Origin: Gammaproteobacteria bacterium
Lineage (GTDB): Bacteria > Pseudomonadota > Gammaproteobacteria > Ga0077536
Assembly: GCA_050186725.1 (NCBI GenBank)
Contig: JBFWYG010000002.1
Span: forward strand, 5,027 to 69,026
Reading direction: 5' to 3'
DNA: 64,000 bases
The notes under the pieces are model-generated. The model was given only the letters and a program-made list of their open reading frames with translations, had not been told where the DNA came from and did no database searches. This document shows positions 48,605-59,140 of this stretch, one piece after another (the first letter of the stretch is position 1; every line of letters starts with the position of its first letter). The position numbers were made by a program, and so were the translations under genes.

Positions 48605-50695
48605 CTACTTCGCGGCGGTCGCGTTGCCGGCCAGCGCCTTGCGCGCCTGGGACCGGATGTAGTGCGTGAGCCCGTCCAGTTCCTTGTCGGTGAAGTCCTT
48701 GAAGCGCGGCATGCCGAGCGGCAGTCGCACGCCGTCAACCAGCACCTGCTTGAGCGCCTCCTTGTTCAGCACCACCGGTGACTCGCGCAGGTCCGGGGCC
48801 GCGCCGCCCGACACCACGCCGCCGCCGTGGCACAGGAAGCAGGACTGGGCATAGACGTGCTGACCGTAGGCCACCTTGTCAGCGTCGAGCTTCAGATCCG
48901 GCACGTCGACCGGCTTGGCGAAGGCCGGCGGCGGCGACGGCGGCAGGGGCGTCTTGCCATCCAGCACGAAGGTCACCAGGCGCCGCGGATGCACGCGGTA
49001 CTTCCAGCCGTGCTGCGCGGCCAGCGTGCCCGAGATCTGGCCGGCGCCGCCCCAGCCGACCAGAAGCGACACATGCTGCTTGCCGTCGACCGTGTAGGTC
49101 ACCGGCGGCGCCGAGATGCCGAGCCCCATGTTCTGCGACCACAGCTTCTTGCCGTCGCGCGCGTCGAAGGCGGCGAACTCGCCGCTCGCCATGCCCTCGA
49201 ACACCAGGTTGCCCTTGGTGGTCATGGTGCCGGCGTTCCACTGCGGCGGCAGGTCCACTTTCCACACCTGCTTCTGGTTGATCGGATCCCAGGCCTGCAG
49301 GAAGCCCTTGCCGGAATCGGCCGGCGCGTCCTCGGTGCCGAACTCGACGCCGACCGACACGTAGAAGTTGGGCGACTGCCAGCCCTCCATCTTCACGCTC
49401 TTGTCCTTCCAGGTGGCGGGCATGTCGATGGTCGGGATGTAGACCAGGCCGGTGTTGGGGTTGTAGGACATCGCGTGCCAGCTGTGCGCGCCGAAGGGGC
49501 TCGGCCACACGGTCTCCTCGCCGTCCTCGTAGCGCGCGCCCTTCACCTCGACCGGACGACCGGTCTTCAGATCGATGCGCTCCGCCCAGGTGACCTTGGC
49601 AATCTTCTCCGCCGACAGGAGTTCACCGTTGGCGCGGTTGATGACGTAGAAGAAACCGTTCTTCGGCGCGTGCATCAGCGCCTTCACGGTCTGCCCGCCG
49701 TATTTCAGGTCGGCCAGCGTGATGTCCATGTTGGAGTTGTAGTCCCAGGTCTCGCCGGGATTGGTCTGGTAGTGCCACTTGTACTCCCCGGTGTCGGCAT
49801 CGAGCGCGACGATGGAACAGAGGAACAGGTTGTCGCCGCCGCCGGGACTCCTGATCTTCTGATTCCATGGCGAGCCGTTGCCAGTGCCGATCAGCACCTG
49901 GTTGAACTCGGCGTCGTACGTCAGTCCGTTCCAGGTGTTGCCGCCGCCGCCGTGCTTCCACCATTCGCCGGTCCAGGTCTTGGCCGCCATCTCCATGGCC
50001 TTGTCCTCGAAACCGTCCGACGGATTGCCGGGCACGATCCAGAAGCGCCAGGCCTGCTTGCCGGTCTCGATGTCATAGGCGGTGACATAGCCGCGCGCGG
50101 CCGAGTGCTCGGTGCCGCCATTGCCAATCAGCACCTTGTCGCGGAACACCTTGGGCGCGCCGGTGATGTAGTACGGTCGGCGTGGGTCGATGGTCTGGGT
50201 CTCCCACAGCATCTTGCCGGTCTTGGCGTCGAGCGCGACGAGCCGCCCGTCGATGGTGGAGACGATCAGCTTGCCCTTGTAGAAGGCCGGACCGCGGTTC
50301 GAGTCCCACATGATCTTCAGGCGCTCGCCGGCGTGCTCGATGGACTTCGGGTCGTACTCCCACAGGAGCTTGCCGGTCTTCGCGTCCACAGCGCGCGCCA
50401 CGCTGTAGCTGCCGGTGAAATAGATCACGCCGTCGACCACCAGCGGCGTGGCGAGCAGCGAGCGATCGTTCGGCAAGTCCAGGCTCCAGGCCACGCCCAG
50501 GCGCTTCACCGTGTCGGTATTGATCTGGTCCAGCGGGCTGTAGCGCTGCTCATTCGAGTTGCGTCCGTAGGCCAGCCAGTTGCTGCCATCGCCAAGCTCG
50601 GCGATCGCCTTGTCGTCGACTACCGTGCCCGCGCCGTGGGCATTGAGCGCGGTCGCCAACAGCGCGGCGCCCCACTTTCCGTGAGTCCAAGCCAT
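48605..50695 (-). CDS. PQQ-dependent quinohemoprotein alcohol dehydrogenase (type II, C-terminal cytochrome c domain)
   Basis: Signal peptide. Eight-bladed PQQ propeller motifs (W-repeats, vicinal CC absent, type II pattern). C-terminal CFLCHGG heme-binding CxxCH. 696 aa. Confidence 0.85.
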   Translation of the reverse strand: MAWTHGKWGAALLATALNAHGAGTVVDDKAIAELGDGSNWLAYGRNSNEQRYSPLDQINTDTVKRLGVAWSLDLPNDRSLLATPLVVDGVIYFTGSYSVARAVDAKTGKLLWEYDPKSIEHAGERLKIMWDSNRGPAFYKGKLIVSTIDGRLVALDAKTGKMLWETQTIDPRRPYYITGAPKVFRDKVLIGNGGTEHSAARGYVTAYDIETGKQAWRFWIVPGNPSDGFEDKAMEMAAKTWTGEWWKHGGGGNTWNGLTYDAEFNQVLIGTGNGSPWNQKIRSPGGGDNLFLCSIVALDADTGEYKWHYQTNPGETWDYNSNMDITLADLKYGGQTVKALMHAPKNGFFYVINRANGELLSAEKIAKVTWAERIDLKTGRPVEVKGARYEDGEETVWPSPFGAHSWHAMSYNPNTGLVYIPTIDMPATWKDKSVKMEGWQSPNFYVSVGVEFGTEDAPADSGKGFLQAWDPINQKQVWKVDLPPQWNAGTMTTKGNLVFEGMASGEFAAFDARDGKKLWSQNMGLGISAPPVTYTVDGKQHVSLLVGWGGAGQISGTLAAQHGWKYRVHPRRLVTFVLDGKTPLPPSPPPAFAKPVDVPDLKLDADKVAYGQHVYAQSCFLCHGGGVVSGGAAPDLRESPVVLNKEALKQVLVDGVRLPLGMPRFKDFTDKELDGLTHYIRSQARKALAGNATAAK

Positions 50696-50862
50696 GAGAT
50701 TCTCCCCTCGATGCGATTATTCTGCGCACGCACGGCGGACCTGCGCGCGCGTGCCGCCCTACTATAAGGCGACGGCGCGAAGCGTCACCACCACCGTCTC
50801 GCGCTAGCCGTGAGAGCAGTGCGCCCGCCTCCACTATCGATAGCGAGAAACAGGAAAACGGC

Positions 50863-51705
50863 ATGGGAATCCGCCACGAACTCGTCGCCCTCGCCCGCCG
50901 CATGGCGGCCGCGTTGTCCCTCCCGCCGGTGGCTGACGCCTTCATCGCCGATCCCGATCCCGCGCTGAAGCAGAACACCGAGTTCGGCCTGCTTGCCCTG
51001 GCCGACGGCAGCGCTGGCCTGTACTACGCCTGGCTCGGGGCGAGCCAGGCCGACATGCCGGGGCGGTTCTCGCCGGCCGCGCTGCGCGGGCTGCCGGCCC
51101 TGGAAGCCGCCGAACTCGTGTTGGGAGACGACGACGGACTGCGCTCGCTCGGCGTCGCCGCTCTGAACGCCTTGACCGAGCATCTCTACCGGCGCGCGGG
51201 CTTCGCGCCGCCGCCGGCGACCGATTCCTTCGGCGGCCTCACGCTCGAGGCCGGCGACCGGCTCGGAATGATCGGCTACTTCCCGCCGCTCGCGGCGCGG
51301 GCCCGCGCGGAAGGCGTGCCCACCTACGTGGTGGAACGCAAGGCGCACCTGCTCGGGCGGGATGGCAGCGTCGAGGTGGCCCTCGACCCGCGCCCACTCA
51401 GCGTCTGCAACAAGGTCATCTGCACCGGCGCCACGCTGCTGAACGACTCCCTGGACGAGATGCTGGGGTACTGCGCGAAGGACGCAGAGGTCGCGCTTGT
51501 TGGGCCGACGGTAGGTTTCTTCCCCGACCCTCTGTTCGCGCGCGGCGTGCGCCTGGTAGCGGGCACGCGCCTGCTGGACAGCACCACCGCGGAGGCATGC
51601 CTGGCGCGGAATGAGAAGTTCGGCGACTGCGCGCAGCGCACGATTATCAGGCGTGAAGACTATCCGGGCTTCGATGTCTTGCTGGCACGCGCGGTCGCCA
51701 GATAG
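50863..51705 (+). CDS. Hypothetical protein, possibly DUF4213/DUF364 Rossmann-like family
   Basis: 280 aa soluble protein. Tentative fold-level guess only. Confidence 0.3.
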   Translation: MGIRHELVALARRMAAALSLPPVADAFIADPDPALKQNTEFGLLALADGSAGLYYAWLGASQADMPGRFSPAALRGLPALEAAELVLGDDDGLRSLGVAALNALTEHLYRRAGFAPPPATDSFGGLTLEAGDRLGMIGYFPPLAARARAEGVPTYVVERKAHLLGRDGSVEVALDPRPLSVCNKVICTGATLLNDSLDEMLGYCAKDAEVALVGPTVGFFPDPLFARGVRLVAGTRLLDSTTAEACLARNEKFGDCAQRTIIRREDYPGFDVLLARAVAR

Positions 51706-51895
51706 CCGGGCCCCTGATTCGGCAGCGCCGGCCTGCCGTCTTTCAGGGGGGTGGCACGGCACCTATGCAAGGGCCGGCAAGCGCGCTAGCTTTGCCTTCA
51801 GGACGATCTAGGGACGGCCAGGTCAGGGAGACTGACCCGCGCTACGCCTTCGGGCTGGTCTCGCGCATGGGCCGACTCACCACTCAACGGAGGTC

Positions 51896-54310
51896 GTGCT
51901 CGTGACGTTACGCCATCGCTTCGCCGCGCTCATCATCAATAACCGCGCCATCTCGTTCGGCATTCTCATGCTGATCACCGCGTTCTTCGCCTATGGCCTG
52001 AAGGACGTGCAGATCAGGACGATCTTCTCCGACCTGTTCCCCAAGGATCACGAGTTCGTCAAGACCTACATGGATCATGGGAACTTTGGTAACCCGCTCA
52101 CGGTTACCATCATGATCAAGCATAAGAACGGCGACATCTACAACGCCGAGACCTTGGCCAAGGTGTACCGCATGACGCGGGACATCGACCTCACGCCCTC
52201 GGTCGATCACGATCAGATCCTGTCGCTGGCCTCCGAGAAGGCGCGCTACGCCGAAGCCACGCCGGACGGCGTGGACATGAAACCGATGATGGAGGACACC
52301 GCGCCCGACACGCCGGAGGAACTCGAGGAGTTCCGCAAGCGGGTCGACCGCTCGAACAACGTGCGCAAGTTCCTCATCTCCGAGGACGAGAGCGCCACGC
52401 TGATCACGGCGACCTTCATCGAGTTTCACCTCGACTACGGTGTCACCTTCCGCTTCATCCAGGACATGGTCGAACGCGAGCGTGACGCCAACCACGAGAT
52501 CTACGCTGCCGGCCAGCCGATGCTGACCGGTTGGGTCTACACCTACCAGCGCCAGATGCTGATGATTTTCGGCGTCACCGCCGGACTGCTGGTGCTGTCG
52601 CTGGTGTTCTACATGCGCAACGTGCCCGGCGTGGTGGCGCCGATCTTCGTCAGCGTGATCGGTGGCATCTGGGGCTTCGGCCTGACCGGCTGGATCAAGC
52701 AGCCCATCGAACCGCTGATCATGGTGGTGCCGATGCTGCTGGTCGCGCGCGCCTTCTCGCACTGCGTGCAGTACCTGGAGCGCTTCTACGAGGTGCTCTA
52801 CGAGGTCGGGGACAAGAAGAAGGCGGCGACGGTGTCGCTCGGCGTGATGATGGCGCCCGGCATCCTCGGCATCGTGACCGACATGATGTGCCTGTTCCTG
52901 ATCGCCATCGCGCCGATTCCTGTCATGGAGCGTTTCGCGATCTTCTGTGGCTTCTGGGCGCTGATCCTCATTCCGACCGACGTGTTCCTCGCCTCGATCC
53001 TGGCCTCCTACCTGCCCACGCCGCGTAACGTGGACGTGCTGACCGGCAAGACCGACCGTGTGACCTGGCACACGCGGCTGATCGGTGTGCTCGGACGGGC
53101 CGCCAAGCTGAGTCATGGCAAATTGGCACCGGTCACCAGCGTGTTCTTCGTGCTGCTGTTCGCCGGCGGCTTCTACGTGCAGTCGCTGATGAAGGTCGGC
53201 AACCCGGTGGAAGGCTCCAACCTGCTGTTCGACGGATCGGAATTCAATACCGCGGTGCGCGCCGTCAATTCGCACTTTCCAGGGCTGATGACGCTCGAGA
53301 TCGTGTTCGAAGGCAAGGGCGGCAAGGAGTCCCCGCGCATCCTGCAGCAACCGCAGACCATTCACACCATGCTCGACATCCAGCGCCGCCTGGAGTCCTA
53401 CGAAAACCCACCGGAGGCAACCCTGACCTTCGCCGACTACCTGCCGGAAGCGAGTCGCATTTTCGCCGGCGGCAACCCCAAGTGGTCGCCGCTGGACGTG
53501 AGCGAAGACGCGACCAACGGCGCGGTCAACGCGCTGCTGCTGGGCTCGAGTCCCAAGGCCTACAGCCACGTCATGGACTTCACCCTGCAGAACGGCACGC
53601 TCTCGCTCTGGTACAAGAACAACAAGCAGGACACCGTCGATCTGGCCCTGCGCCAGGCGCACGAGGTGCTGAGCGAAGTCGGGACCGATTTTCCCGACTT
53701 CCGCATCCGCATGGCGACCGGCGCCATCGCGCTCCAGCAGTCGGTCAACGACGTGGTGGCGACCAATCGCCTGACCATCCTGGCGTCCTTGAACGTGCTG
53801 ATCCTGATAGTCTGCAGCCTGGCCTACCGCTCGGTGGTCGCGGGTATCATCCTGCTGATCCCGGTCAACCTGTCCAACGTGCTGCTCGACGCCACCATGG
53901 TCGGTCTCGGCATCGGCCTGGACGTCAACAGCCTGCCCATTGCTTCCATCGGCATCGGGGTCGGCATCGACTACGGCATCTACCTGCTGTCGCGCATGTG
54001 CGAGGAGTTCCAGGACAGCGGCCACTATGGCGAAGCGATCGACAAGGCCATCACCACCTCGGGCAAGGCCATCACCTTCACCGCGAGCATCGTGCTGCTC
54101 AGCATCCTGCCGTGGTATTTCCTGTCGGACCTGAAATTCCTGTCCGACATGGGCCTGCTGCTGGTCATGGTCATGACCATCAACATGGTCATCTCGCTGC
54201 TCGTGCTGCCGCTCCTGGTGTGGTGGATCAAGCCGCGCTTCATCGCCTCCGAGCACCAGCTGATCTCGGAGAAGATCGACTACAGCGCCCACGCCGCCGG
54301 TCTTTCCTGA
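51896..54310 (+). CDS. RND-superfamily exporter, MMPL/SSD family (paralog 2)
   Basis: Same architecture as 32242..34671, with colinear similarity along the whole length. The likely true start is GTG 51902 (GGAGG 8 nt upstream). Confidence 0.8.
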   Translation: MLVTLRHRFAALIINNRAISFGILMLITAFFAYGLKDVQIRTIFSDLFPKDHEFVKTYMDHGNFGNPLTVTIMIKHKNGDIYNAETLAKVYRMTRDIDLTPSVDHDQILSLASEKARYAEATPDGVDMKPMMEDTAPDTPEELEEFRKRVDRSNNVRKFLISEDESATLITATFIEFHLDYGVTFRFIQDMVERERDANHEIYAAGQPMLTGWVYTYQRQMLMIFGVTAGLLVLSLVFYMRNVPGVVAPIFVSVIGGIWGFGLTGWIKQPIEPLIMVVPMLLVARAFSHCVQYLERFYEVLYEVGDKKKAATVSLGVMMAPGILGIVTDMMCLFLIAIAPIPVMERFAIFCGFWALILIPTDVFLASILASYLPTPRNVDVLTGKTDRVTWHTRLIGVLGRAAKLSHGKLAPVTSVFFVLLFAGGFYVQSLMKVGNPVEGSNLLFDGSEFNTAVRAVNSHFPGLMTLEIVFEGKGGKESPRILQQPQTIHTMLDIQRRLESYENPPEATLTFADYLPEASRIFAGGNPKWSPLDVSEDATNGAVNALLLGSSPKAYSHVMDFTLQNGTLSLWYKNNKQDTVDLALRQAHEVLSEVGTDFPDFRIRMATGAIALQQSVNDVVATNRLTILASLNVLILIVCSLAYRSVVAGIILLIPVNLSNVLLDATMVGLGIGLDVNSLPIASIGIGVGIDYGIYLLSRMCEEFQDSGHYGEAIDKAITTSGKAITFTASIVLLSILPWYFLSDLKFLSDMGLLLVMVMTINMVISLLVLPLLVWWIKPRFIASEHQLISEKIDYSAHAAGLS

Positions 54311-54652
54311 CGACCGGGCCCTGCCGTCCCGTCCTGCCCTGCACAGAGCCGAGGGGCAGGGCGGGCGACCTCCCGTCCCACCCCGACCGGGACGTCGCGG
54401 CTGTCCCCGCGACGCCGGGGTGATCGGGTATCATTGACCGCCGCTACGCGCGCTTCGTCGTGCCTGCCGACCGCCCGGCGCGGACGCCGGGTCGCGCCAG
54501 GCGCGTGGCCGTTTCGCCTTGATTCGTCCTGCCGGCACGTCCGCCAGGCGACCGGCGACGTCGGCCTGCTCCCGTGGACACTGACCGCCGAGTCGAAAGG
54601 TCGACACACACCGCATGTTCATCCTTGCCGTTGGCGCGGGCGCGCCCTTGTC

Positions 54653-57127
54653 ATGAAGCGCGCGCTGCAAGCCCTGTACGAAGGCCTGGTCATCGACCGT
54701 CCAGCCTGGACCCTGCTGCTGCTGCTGCTGCTGCTCGGCGCGGCGGCGAGCGGCGTGCCGAAGTTCCGGCTCGATGCCTCGGCGGACTCGCTGCTGCTGG
54801 AGAGCGATCCGGATCTGAAGCAGTTCCGCGACCTCGCCCAGCGCTACCACGCGCGCGACTTCCTGTTCATGACAGTGACGCCGCGGGAAGCGCTGCTGGC
54901 GCCCGCCACGCTCACCTTGATCAAGTCGCTGCGCGAGGAACTGAAGGCGCTGCAGACGGTGGACTCGGTGACCACGGTGATCGACGTGCCGCTGGTCAGG
55001 AACATCAAGGGCGGACTGTCCAAGGTGGTGTCGAACTACCGCACGCTCGAGTCCAAGGACGTCAACCCCGACAAGGCGCTGGAAGAACTGACCACCAGCC
55101 CGCTGTATCGCAACATGGTGGTCAGCGCCGACGGCAAGACCACCGCCATCCGCATCACGCTGAAGCCGCCGCCGGCGGGCTTCGCGGAACTCCAGTACGA
55201 ACGCGGCGACCTGCTCTACAAGCGCGCCACCGGCCACGCCAGCGCGGCGGAACTGGTGCGCCTGGCCGAGATCGAGCCGCTCTACCAGCGCCAGAAGGAC
55301 GCGGTCGACGCCACCAACCACGCCACCATCGACCAGCTGCGCGAGGTCATGCGCACCCACCGCGACCAGGCCGAGATCCACCTCGGCGGCGTGGCGATGA
55401 TCGCCGACGACATGATCGGCTACGTGCGCAACGACATCGTGGTGTTCGGCACCGCCTCCTTCCTGCTCGCCATCGGCATGCTGGGCTACATCTTCCGCGA
55501 GGCGCGCTGGGTGGTGATCCCGGTGCTGAACTGCGGCTTCATCACCCTCGGCATTCTGGGCGTCCTCGGTCACGCGGGCTGGAAGCTGACGGTCATCTCG
55601 TCGAACTTCCTCGCGCTCACGCTGATCCTCGCCATCTCGATCAACATCCACCTCATCGTGCGCTACCGCGAGCTGTACCGCGAGCGGCGCGAGCAGAGCC
55701 ACCGCGACCGCGTGCGGCAGGTGTGCCGCGACATGGCGAGCCCCTGCCTGTACACCTCGCTGACCTCGATCATCGGCTTCGGCTCGCTGCTCTCGAGCGA
55801 CATCCGCCCCATCGCCGATTTCGGCGCGATGATGAGCCTGAGCCTCATCCTGGTGTACTTCGTGGTGTTCACGCTGGTGCCGGCGATGATGATCCTGCTG
55901 CCGGAACGGGCGCCCCGGGTCGACGACGACGGCCAGTCGGGCTTCACCGTGTGGCTCGCGCGCATCACCGACCGCCACGGCTTCGGCGTGATGGCGGCGA
56001 CCACCCTGGTGGTGGGACTGAGCGCGGTCGGCATCTCGCGGCTCGAGGTCGAGAACAGCTTCATCAACTATTTCCGCGAGAAGACCGAGATCTACCAGGG
56101 CCTGAAGCGGGTCGACGAGGCCTTGGGCGGCACCACGCCGCTCGAAATAGTGCTGAAGTTCCCGTCCACCGAGGTCAAGCCCACCGGCGGCGACGAACTG
56201 GAAGCGGCGCTGTTCGAGGACGACGGCGGCGACAAGTCCGACACCTGGTTCACCGCCGACAAGATCGAGCGCATCAAGCGCGTGCACGACTACGTCGCGG
56301 CGATCCCCGGGGTCGGCACGGTGCAGTCGCTGGCGTCCATCGTGCGCGTGGCCGAGCAGCTGAACGAGGGGCGTGAGTTCGATCCCTTCGAGCTCAACGT
56401 GATCTACAAGCGCATCCCGGCGGCGCTGCGCGAGGAACTGCTGACGCCCTACATCAACATCGAGCACGACGAGGCGCGCATCACGCTGCGCATCCTGGAC
56501 TCGACGCCGAACCTGCGCCGGCAGGCGCTGCTCGATCACCTCAATCGCGGCCTGACCGAGGAGTTGCGCCTGGAACCCGGCCGCGACTTCGAGGTGGCCG
56601 GCCTGCTGGTGCTCTACAACAACATGCTGCAGAGCCTGTACAGCTCGCAGATCGCCTCGATCGGCAGCGCCATGCTCGGCATCCTGCTGACGCTCTGGTT
56701 CCTGTTCCGCAACCTGCGCGCGGCCTTCATCGGCATCGTGCCCAACCTGGTCGCGGCAGGCGCGGTGCTGGGCTTCATGGGCTGGGCGGAAGTGCCGCTC
56801 GACATGATGACCATCATGGTCGCGGCGCTCACCATGGGTATCGCGGTCGAAGACTGCATCCATTACCTGTATCGCTACCGGCTGGAGTACTTGCGCCTGG
56901 GCAACGGCCTCGAGACGATGTACCACTGCCACGGCAACATCGCCCGCGCCGGCTTCTACACCACGCTGGTGGTGTGCGCCGGCTTCTCGATCCTGATGCT
57001 GTCGAACTTCACGCCCAGCATCCTGTTCGGCCTGCTGACCACCATCGCGATGGGCATCGCCATCCTGGCCGCGCTGACCTTGATGCCGAAGCTGCTCCTG
57101 ATGTGGGAGCCGTTTCGCAAGGCGTGA
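54653..57127 (+). CDS. RND-superfamily exporter, MMPL family, HpnN-like subtype
   Basis: 824 aa. Poly-Leu signal-anchor (TLLLLLLLLGAAASG). Two periplasmic domains and two 6-TM bundles. Distinct from the other four paralogs. Confidence 0.75.
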   Translation: MKRALQALYEGLVIDRPAWTLLLLLLLLGAAASGVPKFRLDASADSLLLESDPDLKQFRDLAQRYHARDFLFMTVTPREALLAPATLTLIKSLREELKALQTVDSVTTVIDVPLVRNIKGGLSKVVSNYRTLESKDVNPDKALEELTTSPLYRNMVVSADGKTTAIRITLKPPPAGFAELQYERGDLLYKRATGHASAAELVRLAEIEPLYQRQKDAVDATNHATIDQLREVMRTHRDQAEIHLGGVAMIADDMIGYVRNDIVVFGTASFLLAIGMLGYIFREARWVVIPVLNCGFITLGILGVLGHAGWKLTVISSNFLALTLILAISINIHLIVRYRELYRERREQSHRDRVRQVCRDMASPCLYTSLTSIIGFGSLLSSDIRPIADFGAMMSLSLILVYFVVFTLVPAMMILLPERAPRVDDDGQSGFTVWLARITDRHGFGVMAATTLVVGLSAVGISRLEVENSFINYFREKTEIYQGLKRVDEALGGTTPLEIVLKFPSTEVKPTGGDELEAALFEDDGGDKSDTWFTADKIERIKRVHDYVAAIPGVGTVQSLASIVRVAEQLNEGREFDPFELNVIYKRIPAALREELLTPYINIEHDEARITLRILDSTPNLRRQALLDHLNRGLTEELRLEPGRDFEVAGLLVLYNNMLQSLYSSQIASIGSAMLGILLTLWFLFRNLRAAFIGIVPNLVAAGAVLGFMGWAEVPLDMMTIMVAALTMGIAVEDCIHYLYRYRLEYLRLGNGLETMYHCHGNIARAGFYTTLVVCAGFSILMLSNFTPSILFGLLTTIAMGIAILAALTLMPKLLLMWEPFRKA

Positions 57128-57138
57128 TCGACGCCGTG

Positions 57139-57230
57139 CATGGCGGGTTGAAATTCGCCCTGCAGACCGACTGCGATCGGTCGCGCACGGGGCCCTTGTA
57201 GGGCCGATTTCAATCGGCCAGGCACGGCGC
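57139..57230. repeat. REP-like element family A, single copy with inserted extra palindrome
   Basis: catggcgggttgaaattcgccctgcag ... gtagggccgatttcaatcggccaggcacggcgc. Begins 11 nt after the MMPL stop. Confidence 0.55.
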
Positions 57231-57253
57231 CGGATGCGGGAACACACGCCCTC

Positions 57254-57663
57254 TCACCCCGCCCGCGTCGCTCCGACCATCACCGCCGCCATCACGCAGG
57301 GCCGATCGCTACGATTCTGCCAGCGGTGACGCGTGCCGTTCTGCACCACGCAGTCGCCGGCGCGTACGCAGCGTTCCGCGCCGTCGTCGAGTTCGAGCCA
57401 CACTTCGCTGCTCAGCATCACGACGAAGTCGAGCGTGTCGGTGGTGTGCATGCCATGCGCGTCCTTCTCGTGGGCATGGCCCAGTCCCGGCACCTTGGCG
57501 TTGTATTCCGCGCGCAGCGCTTCCCGGCAGGTAGGTGCTGACGCCGAGCGAGGGATCGCCGCCAGCGCGTGGCACCAGAGGCGCGGCGCCGGTGGTCCAC
57601 AGGGTGTTCAGCTTCCGGCCCGGCCTTGCCGGCCACGTCGTGACCGGTGACGATGCGTCGCAT
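57254..57663 (-). pseudogene. Cupin-domain gene disrupted by two frameshifts
   Basis: A recognisable cupin protein is split over three minus-strand frames. MRRIVTGHDVAGKAG... is in one frame. ...LNTLWTTGAAPLVPRAGGDPSLGVSTYLP... is in a second. ...PGLGHAHEKDAHGMHTTDTLDFVVMLSSEVWLELDDG...GDCVVQNGTRHRWQNRSDRPCVMAAVMV is in a third. Confidence 0.55.
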
Positions 57664-57810
57664 GGCGACAGGCTCCTCATCTGTTTCCGGCAATTGCTGG
57701 TCGGGCTTCAGCCCGACATTGCCGGCGACGTCGAGGTCACACTCGGACGCGCTGCATCGTCAACACACACGGGGGCGATTTGCCCCAGCACTTCACCCAG
57801 GAGCAAGTCC

Positions 57811-59019
57811 ATGCAGCAACTCGTCATCATCGGCGGCGGCTTCGCCGGCCTGTGGGCCGCGCTGGTCGCGGCGCGCGAAGCGCACGTCGCCGACCGGCCG
57901 CTGGCCATCACCCTGGTCGCGCCCGATGACGCGCTGACCGTGCGTCCGCGGCTCTACGAGCCCTTCACACCAGCCTTCCGCGCGCCCTTCGCGCCGCTGT
58001 TCGAGCCGCTTGGCATCGCCCAGCTGCGCGCCCACGCGACCGATCTCGATACCGTCGCGCGATGCGTCCGGGTCCAGCTTGCCGACGGCGCGTCGCGTGA
58101 CCTGCCCTACGATCGCGTGGTGCTCGCGGCCGGCAGCCGCCAGGCGCCGCTGCCCGTAGCCGGCGCCGCCGAACATGCGCTCGACCTCGACACTTACGTC
58201 GCCGCGGAACGCTTCCACGCGCATCTCGCGGCCGTCGTCGCGGCGCCCGTCTCGCCGGCGACCTCGACCTTCGTCGTGATCGGCGGCGGCTTCACCGGCA
58301 TCGAGATGGCCTGCGAACTGCGCCGCCACCTGCGCGCGCTCGGCGCCACCGCGGCCGCGCGCGACGCGCGGGTGGTGCTGGTCGAGCGCGCCACCGAAAT
58401 CGGGCCGGAACTCGGCGCCGGTCCGCGCGCGACCATCCTCGAGGCTCTGCAGCACTGCGGCGTGGAACTGCGACTCGGCGCGCAGGTATCACGTATCGAG
58501 GCCGACGCGGTCACCTTCCAGGATGGCGAACGCCTGCCCTGCGCGACCACCGTCATCGCCACCGGCCTGCGCGCCCATCCACTCACCGGCGGCCTGGGCG
58601 TGGAACTCGATGGGCAGGGCCGGCTGCCGGTGGACGAACATCTGGAGGTGATCGGCGCGCCGGGGGTGTATGCCGCCGGCGACCTGGCGCGCGCGCGCGT
58701 CGATGACGCGGGCCATGTCGCGCTGATGTCCTGCCAGCATGCCGTGCCCCAGGGCAAGCACGCCGGCTACAACGCCGCCCACGCCCTGCTGGGCCTCGCG
58801 CCGCGGGCCTACCGCCAGCCGGACTACGTCACTTGCCTGGATCTCGGCGACTACGGCGCGGTGTTCACCACCGGGTGGGAACGCACGGTGGCGCAGGCGG
58901 GCGCGGACGTGAAGGCGCTGAAGCAGACCGTCAACACCCAGTGGATCTACCCGCCAAAAGGCGACCTCGAGACGCTGCTCGCGGCCTGCGACATCGACGC
59001 GCCCTGGCCACCCGTGTAG
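57811..59019 (+). CDS. NAD(P)/FAD-dependent oxidoreductase (type II NADH dehydrogenase-like, pyridine nucleotide-disulfide family)
   Basis: Two dinucleotide-binding GxGxxG motifs (IIGGGFAG, VIGGGFTG) and a GD motif (YAAGDLA). AGGAG RBS. Confidence 0.8.
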   Translation: MQQLVIIGGGFAGLWAALVAAREAHVADRPLAITLVAPDDALTVRPRLYEPFTPAFRAPFAPLFEPLGIAQLRAHATDLDTVARCVRVQLADGASRDLPYDRVVLAAGSRQAPLPVAGAAEHALDLDTYVAAERFHAHLAAVVAAPVSPATSTFVVIGGGFTGIEMACELRRHLRALGATAAARDARVVLVERATEIGPELGAGPRATILEALQHCGVELRLGAQVSRIEADAVTFQDGERLPCATTVIATGLRAHPLTGGLGVELDGQGRLPVDEHLEVIGAPGVYAAGDLARARVDDAGHVALMSCQHAVPQGKHAGYNAAHALLGLAPRAYRQPDYVTCLDLGDYGAVFTTGWERTVAQAGADVKALKQTVNTQWIYPPKGDLETLLAACDIDAPWPPV

Positions 59020-59086
59020 GTCGGACTTGCACCCGACATTCCAACGCTAGCTGGGACAGACCCCGTGCGGGGTCTGTCCCTTCCCC
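59020..59086. repeat. REP-like structured element family B, second copy, directly after the ndh-like stop
   Basis: gtcggactt...cgacatt...gggacagacccc-gtgc-ggggtctgtccc-ttcccc. Identical 12-bp stem to copy 1, loop differs. Confidence 0.5.
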
Positions 59087-59140
59087 AAAAAAATGGCGCC
59101 CCGAAGGGCGCCATGGCAGAGCGAAACCGGGCGTCCTGCC

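Noticed and set aside
51740-51770. Sigma-54-like TGGCACG...TGCA motif upstream of MMPL paralog 2
   Set aside because: Spacing between the GG and GC elements is off by 2 nt from the strict -24/-12 geometry. Not called as a promoter.
51908-54292. Long antisense ORFs opposite MMPL genes (51908..54292, 54431..57247, 32218..34248, 59093..61063)
   Set aside because: High-GC antisense artefacts. The sense frames have coherent TM topology and paralogous similarity to each other.
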